A DNA stretch of 64,000 nt. It comes from the human T2T-CHM13v2.0 reference genome, Homo sapiens. Position numbers and translations under genes: made by a program. The stretch lies in the NCBI RefSeq assembly GCF_009914755.1, contig NC_060940.1; one strand, written 5' to 3'. Below are positions 1 to 15,540 of this stretch, one piece after another; within the stretch, counting starts at the first letter, position 1, and the number at the start of each line of letters is the position of its first letter. The notes beneath the pieces were generated by a model that was given only the letters and a program-made list of their open reading frames with translations, was not told the origin of the DNA and made no database searches.

Positions 1-448
<448 letters not shown>

Positions 449-1334
449 AAGCAGACACTTTTCTAATACATTTTCTGTTCATTGTACAAATTAATTCTTA
501 ATGAATGAAGAAATTATTTTAATCTATAATGTGATATGGGTTACTACATTGATTTTCTTACACACAGCAAACCAATCCTCACAATGCTATTCAGAAAAAA
601 ACAAAAAAAATTCTTCCTCAAAATCATGTCCTGCTTTCTTTGTCCTATCATATCCAGGAAAAGGCAGGACTGTTAGACATGAAAACCTGATAAGGACCCT
701 ATTATCTGAAAGAATTTAATAAAACACCTAGGGAAGCAAACCCCTCTTCTTTAGTATTCTTCTTCAGAATATTCTTTCACAGTATAATATTCTATTATCT
801 ATTTAGACTGTATTTTCTATATATACTATTTATATCTATTATCTCTTTAGAATATCTAAATCAAGTATATTTGTTACCTATTTAGAATATATGCATTTCA
901 TTTGGAAGAATAAATTTCAAGAATATTAAGTGGAGCCATGTGATATCACCAATGTTTATCCTAATCTTTGACCTACAAAAATGGAAATTTCATGAGGTCT
1001 AATCTAATATCTGTGGGGGTTGGTTTTAAGACAACATTTAACAAATACATTAATTTTTGAAAATATGACCATAAGCAGATTAATCAATTATTATTTTTAT
1101 TGTCCATAATTGTATAGTGTACTTCATGTAACTACTTACATTTCTCGTTAAGTTTATATTCTTGACTACTTCTCATTTTGTGTTGTGATTCTGAACAAAA
1201 CTTTTAAATATATTTTAATGTATGTTTTTATAAACTATTGGTGGTATGTACCAATATTATTTCAGGGTATATTTAGTTTGTTCTGAACTCAGAACAATTA
1301 GAATAAGGTAACTTAGTTGATTTCTTTGGATTGA

Positions 1335-1734
<400 letters not shown>

Positions 1735-2199
1735 TAAATAATAATGGGAGTGTGTGTGATGTCTAAAGTGATTTGATTTTGTGACTACTGCGGTGCTCAG
1801 CTGAACACAACTCCTGATTTGGAAGACAGACTTCTCGTTCCTGCTGCTGAGGATTCTTCTTTACCAGTTTTAACAGGAATGAGTGTTTATGTGAACATCT
1901 CTTGAGGTAATCTGATTATCCATCAATTATGTAAATAAGCATTCTAAAATTGAGCCATCCCCAAGTTACACACACTCTGGTGATAGTGAATTGTTATTAT
2001 TTCGGTACTTATAATTCTGCAAAAATAAGTCAAAATGTTGCATTGTGAGTCCTCGTACTAGGTAAATTGGATTGCAGTTTCTGTTGTAGCGTCACACAGC
2101 TGATACCGCTGGCTTGTGTTTCCTCAGAACACCTCGTCCTGTGCACGCTGACAGTTCTCTACCACGAGCACATGCAATCCTCTGCCAGAACTGCTGGCA

Positions 2200-2558
2200 A
2201 AGGTGCATGGGAGGGCACGCAGGGGCAGGTGGGGACTGTTGGGCTGGTCAGGGCTCCAGGACAGCCTGCAACCGAGGAAGAATAGAGGGAGGGGTGGGAG
2301 AGTACCACGACCACGCAGCTTCCTCAGCCCCCAGGTGGAAAACTTTCTACGCCATCCCCCCAGCGGCCCCCAGCAGGTTTGAGCCCCAGTTGCCCATAAT
2401 AACCTGCTCACGGACATGCCCGGCACTGGCTTTTGGCCCTTTCCTGCTTCTCGTTCCCAGCTTCCTATCAGCACTTCCTGTGGGGCCCTTCCGGATGAAG
2501 CCCTTACATCAAAATCCTTGTCTCAGGGTCCGCTCTTGTGGGGACCTGAAGTAAGACA
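2200..2558 (+). mobile_element. LTR16-like solo LTR (ERVL)
   Basis: Ends aaatccttgtctcagggtc...gtaagaca, resembling the LTR16 3' terminus; 5' boundary approximate. Confidence 0.65.
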
Positions 2559-2584
2559 CTTCATTTCAAAATAGATGGGTGTCT

Positions 2585-2810
2585 AAAGAACACAGCTCTG
2601 GAATCAGACAGACCTAAGATTAAATGCGAATTCTTCCAATGCTGGCTGTGTGATCTCAAACAAGGCACCTACACTTTAGTTTTTTCATCTGTAAAATAGG
2701 GATAATACTGGAACCAACTTATAAAATTCTTACAAGGACGTAGTAAGCTAATGCCCACGTCACTTTTCAAACTTCTTGGCATACAGCAAAGCACTTAAAA
2801 TGCTCAATGT
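2585..2810 (+). mobile_element. MIR SINE
   Basis: gctgtgtgatctc...ttcatctgtaaaatagggataata MIR core. Confidence 0.8.
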
Positions 2811-2867
2811 TACTGTCATTACCACCATTAAATTTCAGAATCAAGTTACATTCCTTGTACAACTTAA

Positions 2868-3170
<303 letters not shown>

Positions 3171-3974
3171 AAAAAATCAAACTTAAAAAATATATATGGT
3201 CACTCTTTTGTTCTTTGAGTGTTAAATTCATCAGTGTTTCCATTTAAAACCAATAACAATTTGGGGAGGTAGTTCTTGGGAACTCTGATTGTACCAATAA
3301 GAGAAAAAATGCTGAAACAATGGTTGAAAAGATCCCATTTCATGTCTCTGTTCTGTTACAGAGACCCACACTGTGGAAGATACTTACAAGACTGGGTTAT
3401 ATTTCTGGAAGAGCAAATTCATCTCTTGTCTCTCCAGAAGACTGACTTATTCCCCCACATTTATCCCAGACAAGAAAATGACTCAGTATTTCATTCAAGC
3501 TAAATTTGAGCAGAACTAAGTTCCTTTTCAGGAACCCTCCCCAGCTTCTCTGATGAGCACTTGTCATGTTTGGAGGTTAGTCAGCTTGTCCTGCCTCCTT
3601 TGTTTTTTGGCATAAGGGAAAGCCTATAAACCTACTGAACATTTTTTTCCTTTTTTATGTCTTTCATGTGTTACTTTCCGATCAAAAACGTGATTTGTCC
3701 ATTTAGAAACTGCCCACCTGAAGCAAATAAAAACTTACAACACTGGACATCTTTGATGCAGCCCCAGATAAATGGTAGGCGGCCTGCCTGGGAGTGGGGA
3801 ACGGGTGTCTTGTTTGAAAAATGGAACCGCCGTGTTGCTTGAAAAAGAGGTTTCCTCTTTTTTCTTTTCCTATTTTTTACAGTTGTGCTGGGATTTCTTG
3901 GAGAGGAGGTATCCTGGGAGTATACAGCAGCCTTGTCTCCAAGGAAAGACATGCAGGAAGCACTGAGAGGTTAG

Positions 3975-4145
3975 TTGTTAAGGGTCTGGGCTCAGATTTA
4001 GGCTCCTCCAGCTCAGAGATGACAGAGCCGTGTGACCTTGGACATGTTACTCTCCCTCTCCATGCCTTGGTTTTCTCCTCTGCACAGTAGAGGAAGGAAC
4101 AGACGCTGGCTCACAGAGCCATGGAGATGTTTAAGTGAGGTACTG
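3975..4145 (+). mobile_element. MIR SINE
   Basis: gccgtgtgaccttggacatgttactctccctctccatgccttggttttctc core. Confidence 0.7.
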
Positions 4146-4326
4146 CTCGTGAACCGCCCCCGGGCTTGGCCTCAAGAAGCTGTAACTGCTGTGACCTTTT
4201 AGGTCAGACCGATCAATGCTTTGGGACAGTGAGACCGTCACTCTCCGGCTTAGTGGTAACATGAATTTATACTACACGTTTTGGCTGTTGCATGAGTTCT
4301 TTCTCTCTGCAATAATGTGGAGTGTC

Positions 4327-4760
4327 TATCAGTTAGTAGGCATTCCGGTGCAAGGATGAAGGATGGCTTAGATGATAAAATATAAGCGTCATATCGGAAT
4401 TTTAAAAGCCAGTAAATAGGTGCTTCTGGGGTTGGCTTGGCACCAAAATCGTGCCATCCTTACCCAGGTCCTTTCTGTCTTTCTGCTCTGCTGTTCTCAA
4501 CTATTCTCCCCTGGATTATCACCTCATGGTCCCAAGGTGGCTACTGCACCACCAGCCACCTCAACTATTTTCAATGGCAGGAAGTGGAGCAGGGCTGGGA
4601 TAGCAAAAAAGGACCTATTTGCATGAGCCCCCACATGGCTTCCTTTCCTTTATACAGGAAGAAAGTTCTTCCCTGAAAGCCACTGCTGACTCCCCCTTGA
4701 GTTATTGACCAGAACAGGGTCACTAGGCACCCTGGCTGCGAGGAAGCCTGAGAATGCACG
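4327..4760 (-). mobile_element. Old MaLR LTR (MLT1J/K-like)
   Basis: attgaccagaacagggtcactaggcaccctggctgc..ggaagcctgagaatg motif typical of antisense MLT1. Confidence 0.6.
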
Positions 4761-5497
4761 TATCTGGCTCACCCCATCTTTGCAGCTGGAGAAAGGTGTT
4801 GACCGGGGCTTTGGTGTTGGTAACCAACAGTTTCTGCCCCAGGGTGTTGGACCATAATGAAAAACTGGGGCTCTCTAGCCCCACGCATGGAATGAACTGA
4901 GAGTTGGGAGAAGTGAGGCACGACCAGGCGTCCTGATTTCCCCACCAGGGTCTGGCCTTCCTGCCAACTTCAGACACAAGTCTGAGCAAGCACCTCCCCT
5001 CTCAGCCTCCCCTGCACAATGAGAGGCTTAGAGCAACCTCCTAAAGAAACAACAAAAGGGCCAGGTCACTGCTATTTTTAACAACATAAGAAAACAGAAT
5101 TAAGGTTGTTGGGGAGTGAATTATTGATTTATCACATTAATTACTGAAAGAGTGAGTGTGGGAAGACTTTCAAGAAGGAGGGATTCACTGGGAGCTGGGT
5201 GGGTGGGGCGTCGGGGGATAAAGAATGCTCTTGATCCTAAAGGGCTCTGAGCTGTGTTGGAGGCTGGGCTGGTCTGAGACCTTCAAGGGAGGTGGGAATG
5301 CCTAGCACGAAGGGACCAGGACAAGGGTGGAGGGGAGAAAACCCAGTGTTTATCTGGAGGTCCATAAAGAGACAGCTCTTACCTAAAGCAATGTTTCCAC
5401 CCCATGTTCTGCCAAACACTGGTCCCCCAGGATGCTATATGAAGGACAGGGTTGCATGATCCTTTACATTAGGAAACACCATATGTTCTAGCCCAAA

Positions 5498-6055
<558 letters not shown>

Positions 6056-7599
6056 TGTGGCCCTAACTCCTCGTGGAGGTAGACAAGCAACAGCCCCTCT
6101 ATTTCATCTTTTTTCTTTCTTTTTTCCCGGCACTTTTTGCTCAAGAAGCTAGTGTTGCAGAGAGCTGGGGTAGGGCCTCCCAGCAAACATGCAGCTTCCC
6201 GGGCAGAGAGAGCAGACTGGTACCTCAGAGGGGCTGAAGCCAGGCATCTGTGATCTTAGCTTAGGCCAGCCTGCTGCCAGGGTGGAATTTCTTTGAAGTC
6301 TTCTGTTTTATCCTAAAAACTTATGGAGATTTTACATCTTACTCCAAAGAATACCCATGTTTGTTTGAGTATTGGAAATGTTTTAGATTACTTGGCGTCT
6401 AGGAAAAATCAAAGCTTAGCGTGTTTACGTTGTGGCTCCCCCTGCCCGTTCCGTCTCCCCTTGGGGCTGTGCGCCTCCCAATTTAAGATGCACAGGATTA
6501 CCTGGTCTCCACGCTTCCTTCCAGCTCTGGGTGCCCATGACTTTTTAAAGAAATTAAACCAAATGGTCCATTTGCATTTAGGCAATCCATGAGCCTATGT
6601 GGAGTTTTGTTTGTTTATTTCTATGTTTGTTATGGGATTCCCCAGCCTTAACCATTCTAACGTGGGATAACCCCCACCCCATTAACCATTCTAATGTGGG
6701 ATAACTCACTAGCTAGGAGCCTTAGACAGCAGATCTTCCGACCGCTCCCTTTTCACAGCCAGTAACTCTTCCCATTGTGCTGAAAACAACCTATAGCTCT
6801 GACTAAAACTCCCCAGAAATACCCCCAGATGTGTCCCTAGAAAATCCTTCCTCCTGGAAAAGGCATGGTCCTCACTGAAATTACTTTTGAACAACCAATA
6901 CTTAGACAGAGATCCCCAATATGATTATAATGTCTAATCTTCTTTAGAGGCAATATATTACCACTAATTAACGTGGTAAATGTTATACTTAATGTAAAAT
7001 TTTTCATATAAATAAACATTTTAATAAATACAAATATACTTATATTCATTATATAATTTGTTCTATATAACGATTACATAAAATTAATAAAAATATCATA
7101 TATAAAATGTGTCACCTAAATAAATAAAATATAAAATTCTACAGATATATATGATTGATATGGGAGCTTTATGATAAATATAATTGTGTAATATATATGT
7201 TTATAAATGAACAAATATATTATAAATTATATTTTAAATTATTTTAAAGATTATTATCAATAAGAGTGCCACTAAGTATCTTCAGCTTAAAGGGTCCAGG
7301 AGGTCTGAGATGCACACAGAGACTCCTAGGCAGCATGGGGTGGTTTGAGTCCCAGGAGGAGGCTTCTGAAGACTGCAGTGGACCTGAACATCCCCCAGAG
7401 ACACTGGACGCTTCTGAGGCAGGCAGTAGCTTTGGTGGCCATTTGCATTTTCTAAAGAGGGCCACCACAACATATCCCAGGCCGCATGCTGTTTTTAGGA
7501 TGTGACCCTGATGCTCCCCCAGTCAAGTGGTGAGGAACCCGTGCCCAGGTTCAAGAGGAAGTTTGTGACTGTCTCAACCAGTAAGGTACAGCAGAAATG

Positions 7600-7975
7600 A
7601 CTGCCAACACTAGACCATAGAAATGCCACCAGTGTCCACCCTGTGTGCTTAGAACTCTGCCTCCATGGTGGGAGGAAGCCCAAGCAGCCACGAGGCAGAC
7701 CGCGTGCAAAGGTTCCAGATGAGAGACCCTAATGAAGGTTCCAGTTAACAAGCAGCCTCCACACCAGACATATGAGTAAACACACTTTCAGCAAATTCCA
7801 GAACCCCACCATCAACTCACCTCTAAGCTTGGAGCCCCCGCAGCTAACACCACACAAGACACAGATGAGCTGTGCCTGCAGATCCCTGCCCAAAGTACGG
7901 TTCACGAGCAGAAAATGAAAGAATGTTGTTGTTCCCATCCCCTAAGTCTGAGTGGTTTGTGACTCACTGGTAAAT
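7600..7975 (+). mobile_element. MaLR LTR (MLT1G/H-like)
   Basis: gagctgtgcctgc...ccctgcccaaa...gttgttgtt...ctaagtctgagtggtttgt 3' LTR signature. Confidence 0.55.
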
Positions 7976-8465
7976 GACAAGGTCGCAGCGTCCGCAGCAG
8001 CCCTGAGAGCCTGGCGAGTGTGAGTCCCAGCCAGGCCTGCCAGGCTTGCTGCGTGATCTCAGGCTGCTTGGCCCCATAAGCCCCTGGTTCCCTGTCGGTT
8101 AGACAGCCAGGATGCAAACTTCCATGCACCTTACAGAGTTGTCATGAAGGTGGAATGAGATGCCATGGGGATGTTTCATTTCACCAGCATCGCTACTGTC
8201 GCTAGTCAGCACATGGGGCAAAACCCATTGAAAGCCAATTAAATCACGCCCCAAACCAAGCCCTGGGACCTTCCCAGCAAGCCAGAGCAGCTGGTTCTCA
8301 CTATCACGTGGGGATAGACCGTTCCTTCCTCACATAAGCACAAGCAGTGGCCAGAAAAGGCGCAAGAAAAATGCACCTCTCCAGGGGTGAGACTCTCACC
8401 TCCTTGAGAAAGATGCTCACTAGGCGGGCTGAGCTCACCAGGACCCACTGAGAGAGCAGCAGCTT

Positions 8466-9462
8466 CTCACATGCACACCACACACTCACGCAACACACAA
8501 CACATACACGACACACACATGCAACACACCACATACACAACACACACACCACAAACCCAGCACACATCACATACACAACACACACGCACACAACACACCA
8601 CATACACAACACACACTCACACACACCACATACACAACACACACTCACACACACCACATACACAACACACACACCACACAAACAGCACACACCACATACA
8701 CAACACACACGTGCAACACACATCACATACACAACACATACACACAACACGCGCAACACACAACACACGCACACATGCAGTGCACACATAACACACACAA
8801 CACACTCGTGCATGCAACATACACGCCACACACACCACATACACCACACACACCACACAAACAGCACACACCACATACACAACACACACGTGCAACACAC
8901 ATCACATACACAACACATACACACAACACGCGCAACACACAACACACACACATGCAGCGCACACATAACACACACAACACATGCATGAAACATATACACA
9001 TGCCACACACACCACATACACAACACACACACAAGGAACTCATGCAACACACACCACATATACAACACACATTCACATACGCAACACACATGCCACACAC
9101 ACACGCAGCACATACTCTCACATGCAACATACATACCACACACACCACATACACAACACACGCACGCAGCACACACACTCATATAACACAGACCACATAC
9201 ACAACACTCACACATGCAGCACACACGCATGCAATGCACACACCACAATGACACACACCACACACACAAGCACACACACATCACATACACATGCAACACA
9301 ACACACACATATATGCACAGCACACACAACATGCCACACATACATACCACACACTCGCACACATGACACAATACACACAACACACTGCATATACAACACA
9401 CATTCACACACAGAACACACACTCCACACAGTCACATACACAACACGCACACCGCACTCACC
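8466..9462. repeat. About 1 kb degenerate (CA)-rich low-complexity repeat
   Basis: Almost G-free mosaic of cacac/catac/caac on the plus strand. Confidence 0.95.
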
Positions 9463-10399
9463 CCCATGCCACCCATGCAGTGCTGAGCGTGTGCAGTTGA
9501 ATTTGCGGATGCTGAGGTCCCATGCATCTGAGTGGCATCAGTAAGCGAAGCCCGTGGTCAGCAAAGCCTCCCGTGCTGAGGCGAGGCAAGCCATGGCTGT
9601 GTGCACCACGCGGCGGCTACAGAAACTTTCGTGAGTCTCACTGCCCCGTGTGGCCCGGGATCCCACAGGGCTGCTAATGACATACAACATAAGCACTGAT
9701 TTAACGTTCTAAAAGCTAACAGATTCTGAATTCTGAAAAGGATCTGGCCTCCAGGGTCTCCGATAAGGTATTCAGATAAGGTGCCTGTGGGACAGAGTGT
9801 CCCAATTTCGGACAACTGAAAACACTAAGGCCAGCTAACAAACCATCAAGGCCGAGCTGTGGTTTCACGTGCTTATCTCACCATTCCCCACGCACCCCGA
9901 GGCCGGCAAGCCGTGCAGTGGAGAAGCCGTGCAGCCTCCGGCCGTGCCCTGCTGGCTGCCTGCTTAGGGTCAGCAGGGCGATGGCCTTGCAGGGGCCAAA
10001 TGCACCTCCAGCCTTGGCACGGTGGTGTTCCCCAGTGCCAGCGTGCCCTCCCTCGCTGCAGCCGGCATCAGGCTCTGCATTAAACACCAGATTAGAGCTG
10101 TTTGTCACAGGATTTACAGGGATTTTCCCCCATGGCGAGAGATCCTGCCTTTCCCCAGGACATAGAATACAGCTGTCAGGGGCTCCCTCCAGCCATATGG
10201 GCACAGCTGGGGCTTAGGTGGGGTTCAGAGAGGATGGGAGCAGGGAAGGCTCGAAACCTCGTCGGAATAAGGCAGCTGCCCCTCTGCCGAGGAGGAGGAG
10301 CCAGGCCCCCCATCCAGACATATCTCCTGCACTTTGAAACCCTGGAGAACCTGGCCACTTTGCCGCTGAAGCGCTGTGCCCTGGGCAGACATTACCAAG

Positions 10400-10550
10400 A
10401 GCTCAGAGCGCAGGTCTCCATCACATGCATCTGGTTTGAATCCCAGCCCTGCTCCCGACTCTGGGGCTTGGAACCAGGCATGAAAACTTTTTGAGCCTCA
10501 GTTTTCTTGTCTATGAGGTGGGATGTTGACAATTGGATGCATGTCCTGGA
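10400..10550 (+). mobile_element. MIR SINE
   Basis: ggtttgaatcccagccctgc...gagcctcagttttcttgtctat. Confidence 0.7.
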
Positions 10551-10574
10551 ACTGTTTTGATGCTGAGACACATA

Positions 10575-11015
10575 TAACAAACTCAGTCACCAAAAGACTT
10601 TGCATAAGAAAGCTCGTAGCACCTTTATCCAGAGCACCCAGAAAATGAAAACAGTCCACATGTGCATCAACCGGTAGGGGCACAGTGACCTGGACACGTT
10701 CACAGAATGGAATTCTGCCCAGCAAAGGAAAAGAGCAAGCCCCTGCCATCCCCCAGCCATACAGAGGGACCACCCAGACGTCGCAAGTGAAAGAAGCCCA
10801 CACGAAATGGATCATGCTGTTAAGAGTCCGTGGATATAAAGCTGAGGATGAAAGTTAGCTGCAAGAGGCCACTGGCTGAGAGGGAGGAGCAGGGAGCCCA
10901 AGGGCACTGGGAGTGGGCTGTGTTGCCACCTGGGCATGGTCATGCCAGGACACGTGGGATAACTCACTGAGCCACACTTAACGTGAGTGCTGAGCTACTC
11001 CTCAAGAAAAAAGAA
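10575..11015 (+). mobile_element. Old L1 (L1ME-like) 3' fragment
   Basis: gtagcacctttatcc...aaaatgaaaacagtccacatgtgcatcaac...cagaatggaattctgcccagcaaaggaaaaga. Confidence 0.6.
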
Positions 11016-12921
11016 AGTGCTGGCAGGTAGTGAGGACTCAGAAGATGGGAGCTTCTAACGTGCCTGCCCCTGGTCCTTGTAGGTGGCCCTCTGCGCCGGC
11101 CTGTCAGTCTTTAACCAGCAAACAAACAAGCGCCTGTGAAGGCCCTAGTGATTTTATGCCCCTGGGGATTTGTCGCTTTTCTCTTAAGTTGGGATTTTTC
11201 TGTTTGATTCCGTTGTGCCTCTCTGGTTTCGTTATTTTTTTCTTTTGGGAGAAAAAGCAAAGTTGGGGAGTGGGAGGGCAGTGCAGAGAGGAGAGCGGGA
11301 GAATTGGGCTGGGGCCAAAGTAACCAGCTGCTTTCCAAGACAAGCCTGTCAGCCTCGCTCCCTGGAATTTCCTCTGCGTGTGCTCGTGGGCTCAATTTTT
11401 CCATAAAGTCCCACGTTCCGGCAGGGGACCCAGCAGCCTCCCCAAAGGCCGCTCCGTCGTGGTCAAGGACTGGCTAAGTGGCTGCCTCCCGTTGCAAGAC
11501 CCCCGGAAGAACCTGGAAATGGTCCTCAGACACGGTGGACTGCGGCTTTAATTTGTACTGGGAATGGGTAGATCCCAGCTCAGCTCAGAGTGAGGCCTGG
11601 AACCTTCCCTCCCTTCAGGCCAAAACGCCTCCCCATGGATTCTTTAAACACCACCGTGTTTATCTAGAAGGCCGGCAGGCAGAGGCTCTGCTGAGGCTGA
11701 CGTTTTGAGTGAACTTGCTTCTCACCTCCCAAGCAGGGGGCTCTCTCTCCCTTCTCCAGAGGTGGGCTTGGCAGGGGGAAGGCGAGAGCCTGGGGGGACC
11801 CTGGACTTGCTGCACGGGCGGCCCCAGCCCCAGCTCACTGGCCATCCGGGGAGGGGCACAGCCATCAGGACACGGCCAGCTGGGGCTGGGCTCACTAGGA
11901 TGCGGGTGGAAGCCCTGGGCCTCCTCTGCTTCAGCCTGGCCGTGCAGCCCAGCCTTGAAACATCCCGTCACAGCATGCTGTAAGCAGGGCATCCAGACCC
12001 TTTCCTGCCACTCCATTAGTGCTGAGCCTGGTGATCGTAGTCAGACCTCCAGACCACCAGGTCAGGCCAGGTCCCCACCCCATCACACCTGCATCCCCAC
12101 CACTGGGCAGCTGCGAGGGCTCCACCTGGCCAGCTGAGCGTTGACGGCTGAATCCTAATGTTACCAACAGGAGACCAGGTGATGTGTGCCTCCTTCACCC
12201 AAATGGAAGCTCCCCACAGCACTCCCAGCCTCTGCTTCTCAAGGGCTCCTGGAAACCCCTTCCTTCCTGTTCTGGGGCTCCAGGGCAGGAGGTTGCACAG
12301 ACTAACTCTCACCGCTCAACTCTGGGTGCGTTGCCGTCATTGGACCATGTGAGACCCTTGCCCGGGGAGGCTTCACAAAGGCCCCTCTCTCCCTGGCCCT
12401 GCTCCCAGCCCTGACGGGCAGTATCTTATCCTGCCTCACAAGTTTCCACAGATGTAAAGGTGTTCTTGTGCTATGTTGTGCATATGGATTGCTTAAAACA
12501 TCTTATTGAGGATAATATTCATACCGAAAAGTACTGGACTCAAAGAGTTGTCACCAACGGAACACAGCCAGAAAATCAGCACCTGGATTGGAAGACCAAG
12601 TCTACCCAGCTTCTGAGAACCCCACTGGGGCCCCTTCCACACCCTGCTTCACCAAACAAAGAGGGCTTTTTATTTATCATTTCTTGCCCTGTTTTCCCAC
12701 TAAGCATCTTGTGGGTCCTGCTGGGGGGCTCTGTGCATATCAGACCTGTAGTTTCCAATTTGGGTGAAGATGCATCTTGTTCCATAACTTGCCTCCCTGG
12801 CCCTTCCCCATTCACCACTCCCCCAAGGGGTCACACACACAGCACTCCCACACCGCACCACATCCTCACCCGTGTCCCCTTACGAACATGGGGAGGACGT
12901 CTTAAAATGTATACAGGGAAA

Positions 12922-13075
12922 GGGTGCACCTATAGTTCCAGGTACTTGGGAAACTGAGGCAGGAGGACCACTTGAGCCTGGGAGTTCGAGGCTCTACATC
13001 ACTATGATCTCGCCTGTGAATAGCCACTGCACACCAGCCTGGGAAACAAAGCGGGATCCCATCTGTTTAAAAATA
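12922..13075 (+). mobile_element. FAM (fossil Alu monomer)
   Basis: Single monomer containing gatctcgcctgtgaatagccactgc, the FAM/7SL-type segment. Confidence 0.8.
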
Positions 13076-13112
13076 TATATGTAAATGTGCACAGGGAGCA
13101 AAATTGCTGCTG

Positions 13113-13598
13113 GGTATATTAACTTCCCATTGGTGCTGCAACAAATTATCACTGACTTAGTGGCTTAAAACAACACAAATTTAGTACCACCCCATTTATT
13201 CTGAAGGTCAGAATTCCAAAATGACATTTCTTGCTGGGCAAAAATCAGGGAGTCAGCAGGGCTGGCTCCTTCCAGAGGCCCCAGGAGAGAAGCTGTCCTC
13301 TTGCCTTCTGTAGCTCCTGGAGGCCGCCCACATGTCTTGGCTTGTGGCCCCATCATTCCAACCTCTGTTTCTATTCTCCCCTCTCCTTTCATGCAAAGTC
13401 TCCTGCCCGGTTCTCATAAGGACCCTTGTGATGACACTGGGACCACCCTGATGATCCAGGATACTCTTCCCAACTCAAACTCCTTAACTTAATCACATCT
13501 GCAAAGCACCTTCTGCCACGTGGAGTAACATGTTCATAGATTCTGGGCATTAGTGGGTGTCTTTGGGGTAGAGCTGGGAACACTATAGTGCCAACCAC
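13113..13598 (-). mobile_element. MaLR LTR (MLT1C/D-like)
   Basis: gctgcaacaaattatcactgacttagtggcttaaaacaacacaaattt ... aatcacatctgcaaag. Confidence 0.8.
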
Positions 13599-14593
13599 AT
13601 TAGCTGTGCATTGGCCTCATCAGAACCAGCTTGAGATTCAAAAGGTTTGCTCCAGTTCATACTCCAGCCAGCAGAGCATCAAAGTTCCTATTTCCCCACG
13701 TCTCCACTTCCTTCCATTCAGCCAAAGTGCCTTCCCTCCACATCCAAGACCAGGGCCTCCTCCTTCCTGATTCTGACTTGGAGGACAATTCCCTGCGAGA
13801 CAAAGGGCCCTCCAAAGACACATCTCTTAAAACATGATAAAACAGAACATCCGGTGCTGGTGCAGGTGTGATGAAAACGGCAGCCTCACACCCAACCCAC
13901 GAGAACACAAAGCAAATTGGCAACAAGTTCCCAGAGCCTTGACAATACTCAGATTTTTGATTCTATAATTTGTTCTGGCTGACTCTCCTAAAAACATCAC
14001 AGGGGAGGTGCTGGATAAATAGCCCTTCAGCTGAATTGAGCAGGACCTGGAGGCAGCACATCGGGTGGAAGAAGGGGAGAGTTAGAGGTGAGCTCTGGGT
14101 ATGACTCACACGCCCTTAGGGAAAATAGCCTGTAACAGCCTGCAGGAAAGCTAGCAAGTCCCCGGCTGAGGAGGGGCATTCCTTCCTGTCTGGTGTGTGG
14201 CCGCCCTGTCCTCCCCACTCACCCCCATCAGAACCTGCACCCCCCAGCTCCCCTCTTCCTGCCTTGTGTAAGGGTCACTGGTCACTGCTGCTACTTTCCA
14301 GCAGAGCAAATCAGAAACACTGCCAGAGGGAGAGGGAGAGAGGAACCGGAGCCAGAGAACAAGACAGAGCGCAAAGGAAAGAGAACCAGCTCCACGGCGA
14401 TTTAAAAGAAAAAGACCCGCGCTGAAGGCAGGGAGCTCAGGCCTTCCTAGAGGTAGGTGGGTAGTGCCATCCAAGTGGTATGCCTCAAGTCAGGGTGGGA
14501 ACCATGTAAGCCTCAGTTCTCACTTCTCCCCAGTCTTCACCTCTACTTTTTGCAAGAGGTTGTTGACCACGTGCCCTGGGCAGCTTCAAGACT

Positions 14594-14884
<291 letters not shown>

Positions 14885-14954
14885 GACTTGCACATATGGA
14901 GTCACCCTGAATAGTCCAGTGCCCAGGCCTGGCACCACTGACCAGGGCAGCATA

Positions 14955-15092
14955 CAGATTCTCCTCTGCTTACAATGGGGTCACATCCCGATACACCCAT
15001 CATACATAAAAACTATCATAAGTCGGTTTAGAATATTTTCAATTTACAACAGTTTCATCCAGATATAACCCTATCGTGAGTGCAGAAGCATG
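14955..15092. mobile_element. MER47/Tigger-type miniature DNA transposon (both termini joined)
   Basis: ta-cagattctcctctgcttacaatggggtcacatcccgata ... atccagatataaccctatcgtgagtgcagaagcatg, imperfect inverted termini. Confidence 0.65.
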
Positions 15093-15540
15093 CAGGATGC
15101 CTGTTGCCCCTCACTCCATCGTGGGATGGGGACTGTCTGTGTCTTGTTTGAGGTCTCATGAGATTGGGTCTCCAGAGTCCAAATGACTTTAGAGTCATTC
15201 AGATTGTTCATAAAGACAGGAGCCTGGCAAAAAAACACCTGCCTGGAGCCCCCTGTGCCCTGGGGGCAGCCCATCATCTTTATTGTTAAATGCTAATACT
15301 TATAACCAATAACAAATAGTCTCAGTCTATCCTGAACTTAATAGCAGTAAAGCCACCCCCACCTCCAAAAGGTGAGAGGTTTGAAACCAACTCTGTGTAG
15401 CCAAGCAGGGGTGGCCCCATCAATGTCCCGCAGGGTCCCCTCCTGAGGAGGTGGAGACGCGAGCATTGTCCTCTTGGCCTCCCTTCCGCCCAACCTGTCG
15501 TCCTGAACGCTTCTCAAAAAGATGCGCCGTTGCTACTAAA

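Noticed and set aside
8304-9544. Cys/Val- and His/Thr-rich ORFs up to 372 aa
   Set aside because: Translations of the CA/TG low-complexity tract in several frames, not metallothionein- or keratin-associated-like genes
12922-13075. 7SL RNA gene or pseudogene
   Set aside because: Lacks the 7SL S-domain; matches a degenerate FAM monomer
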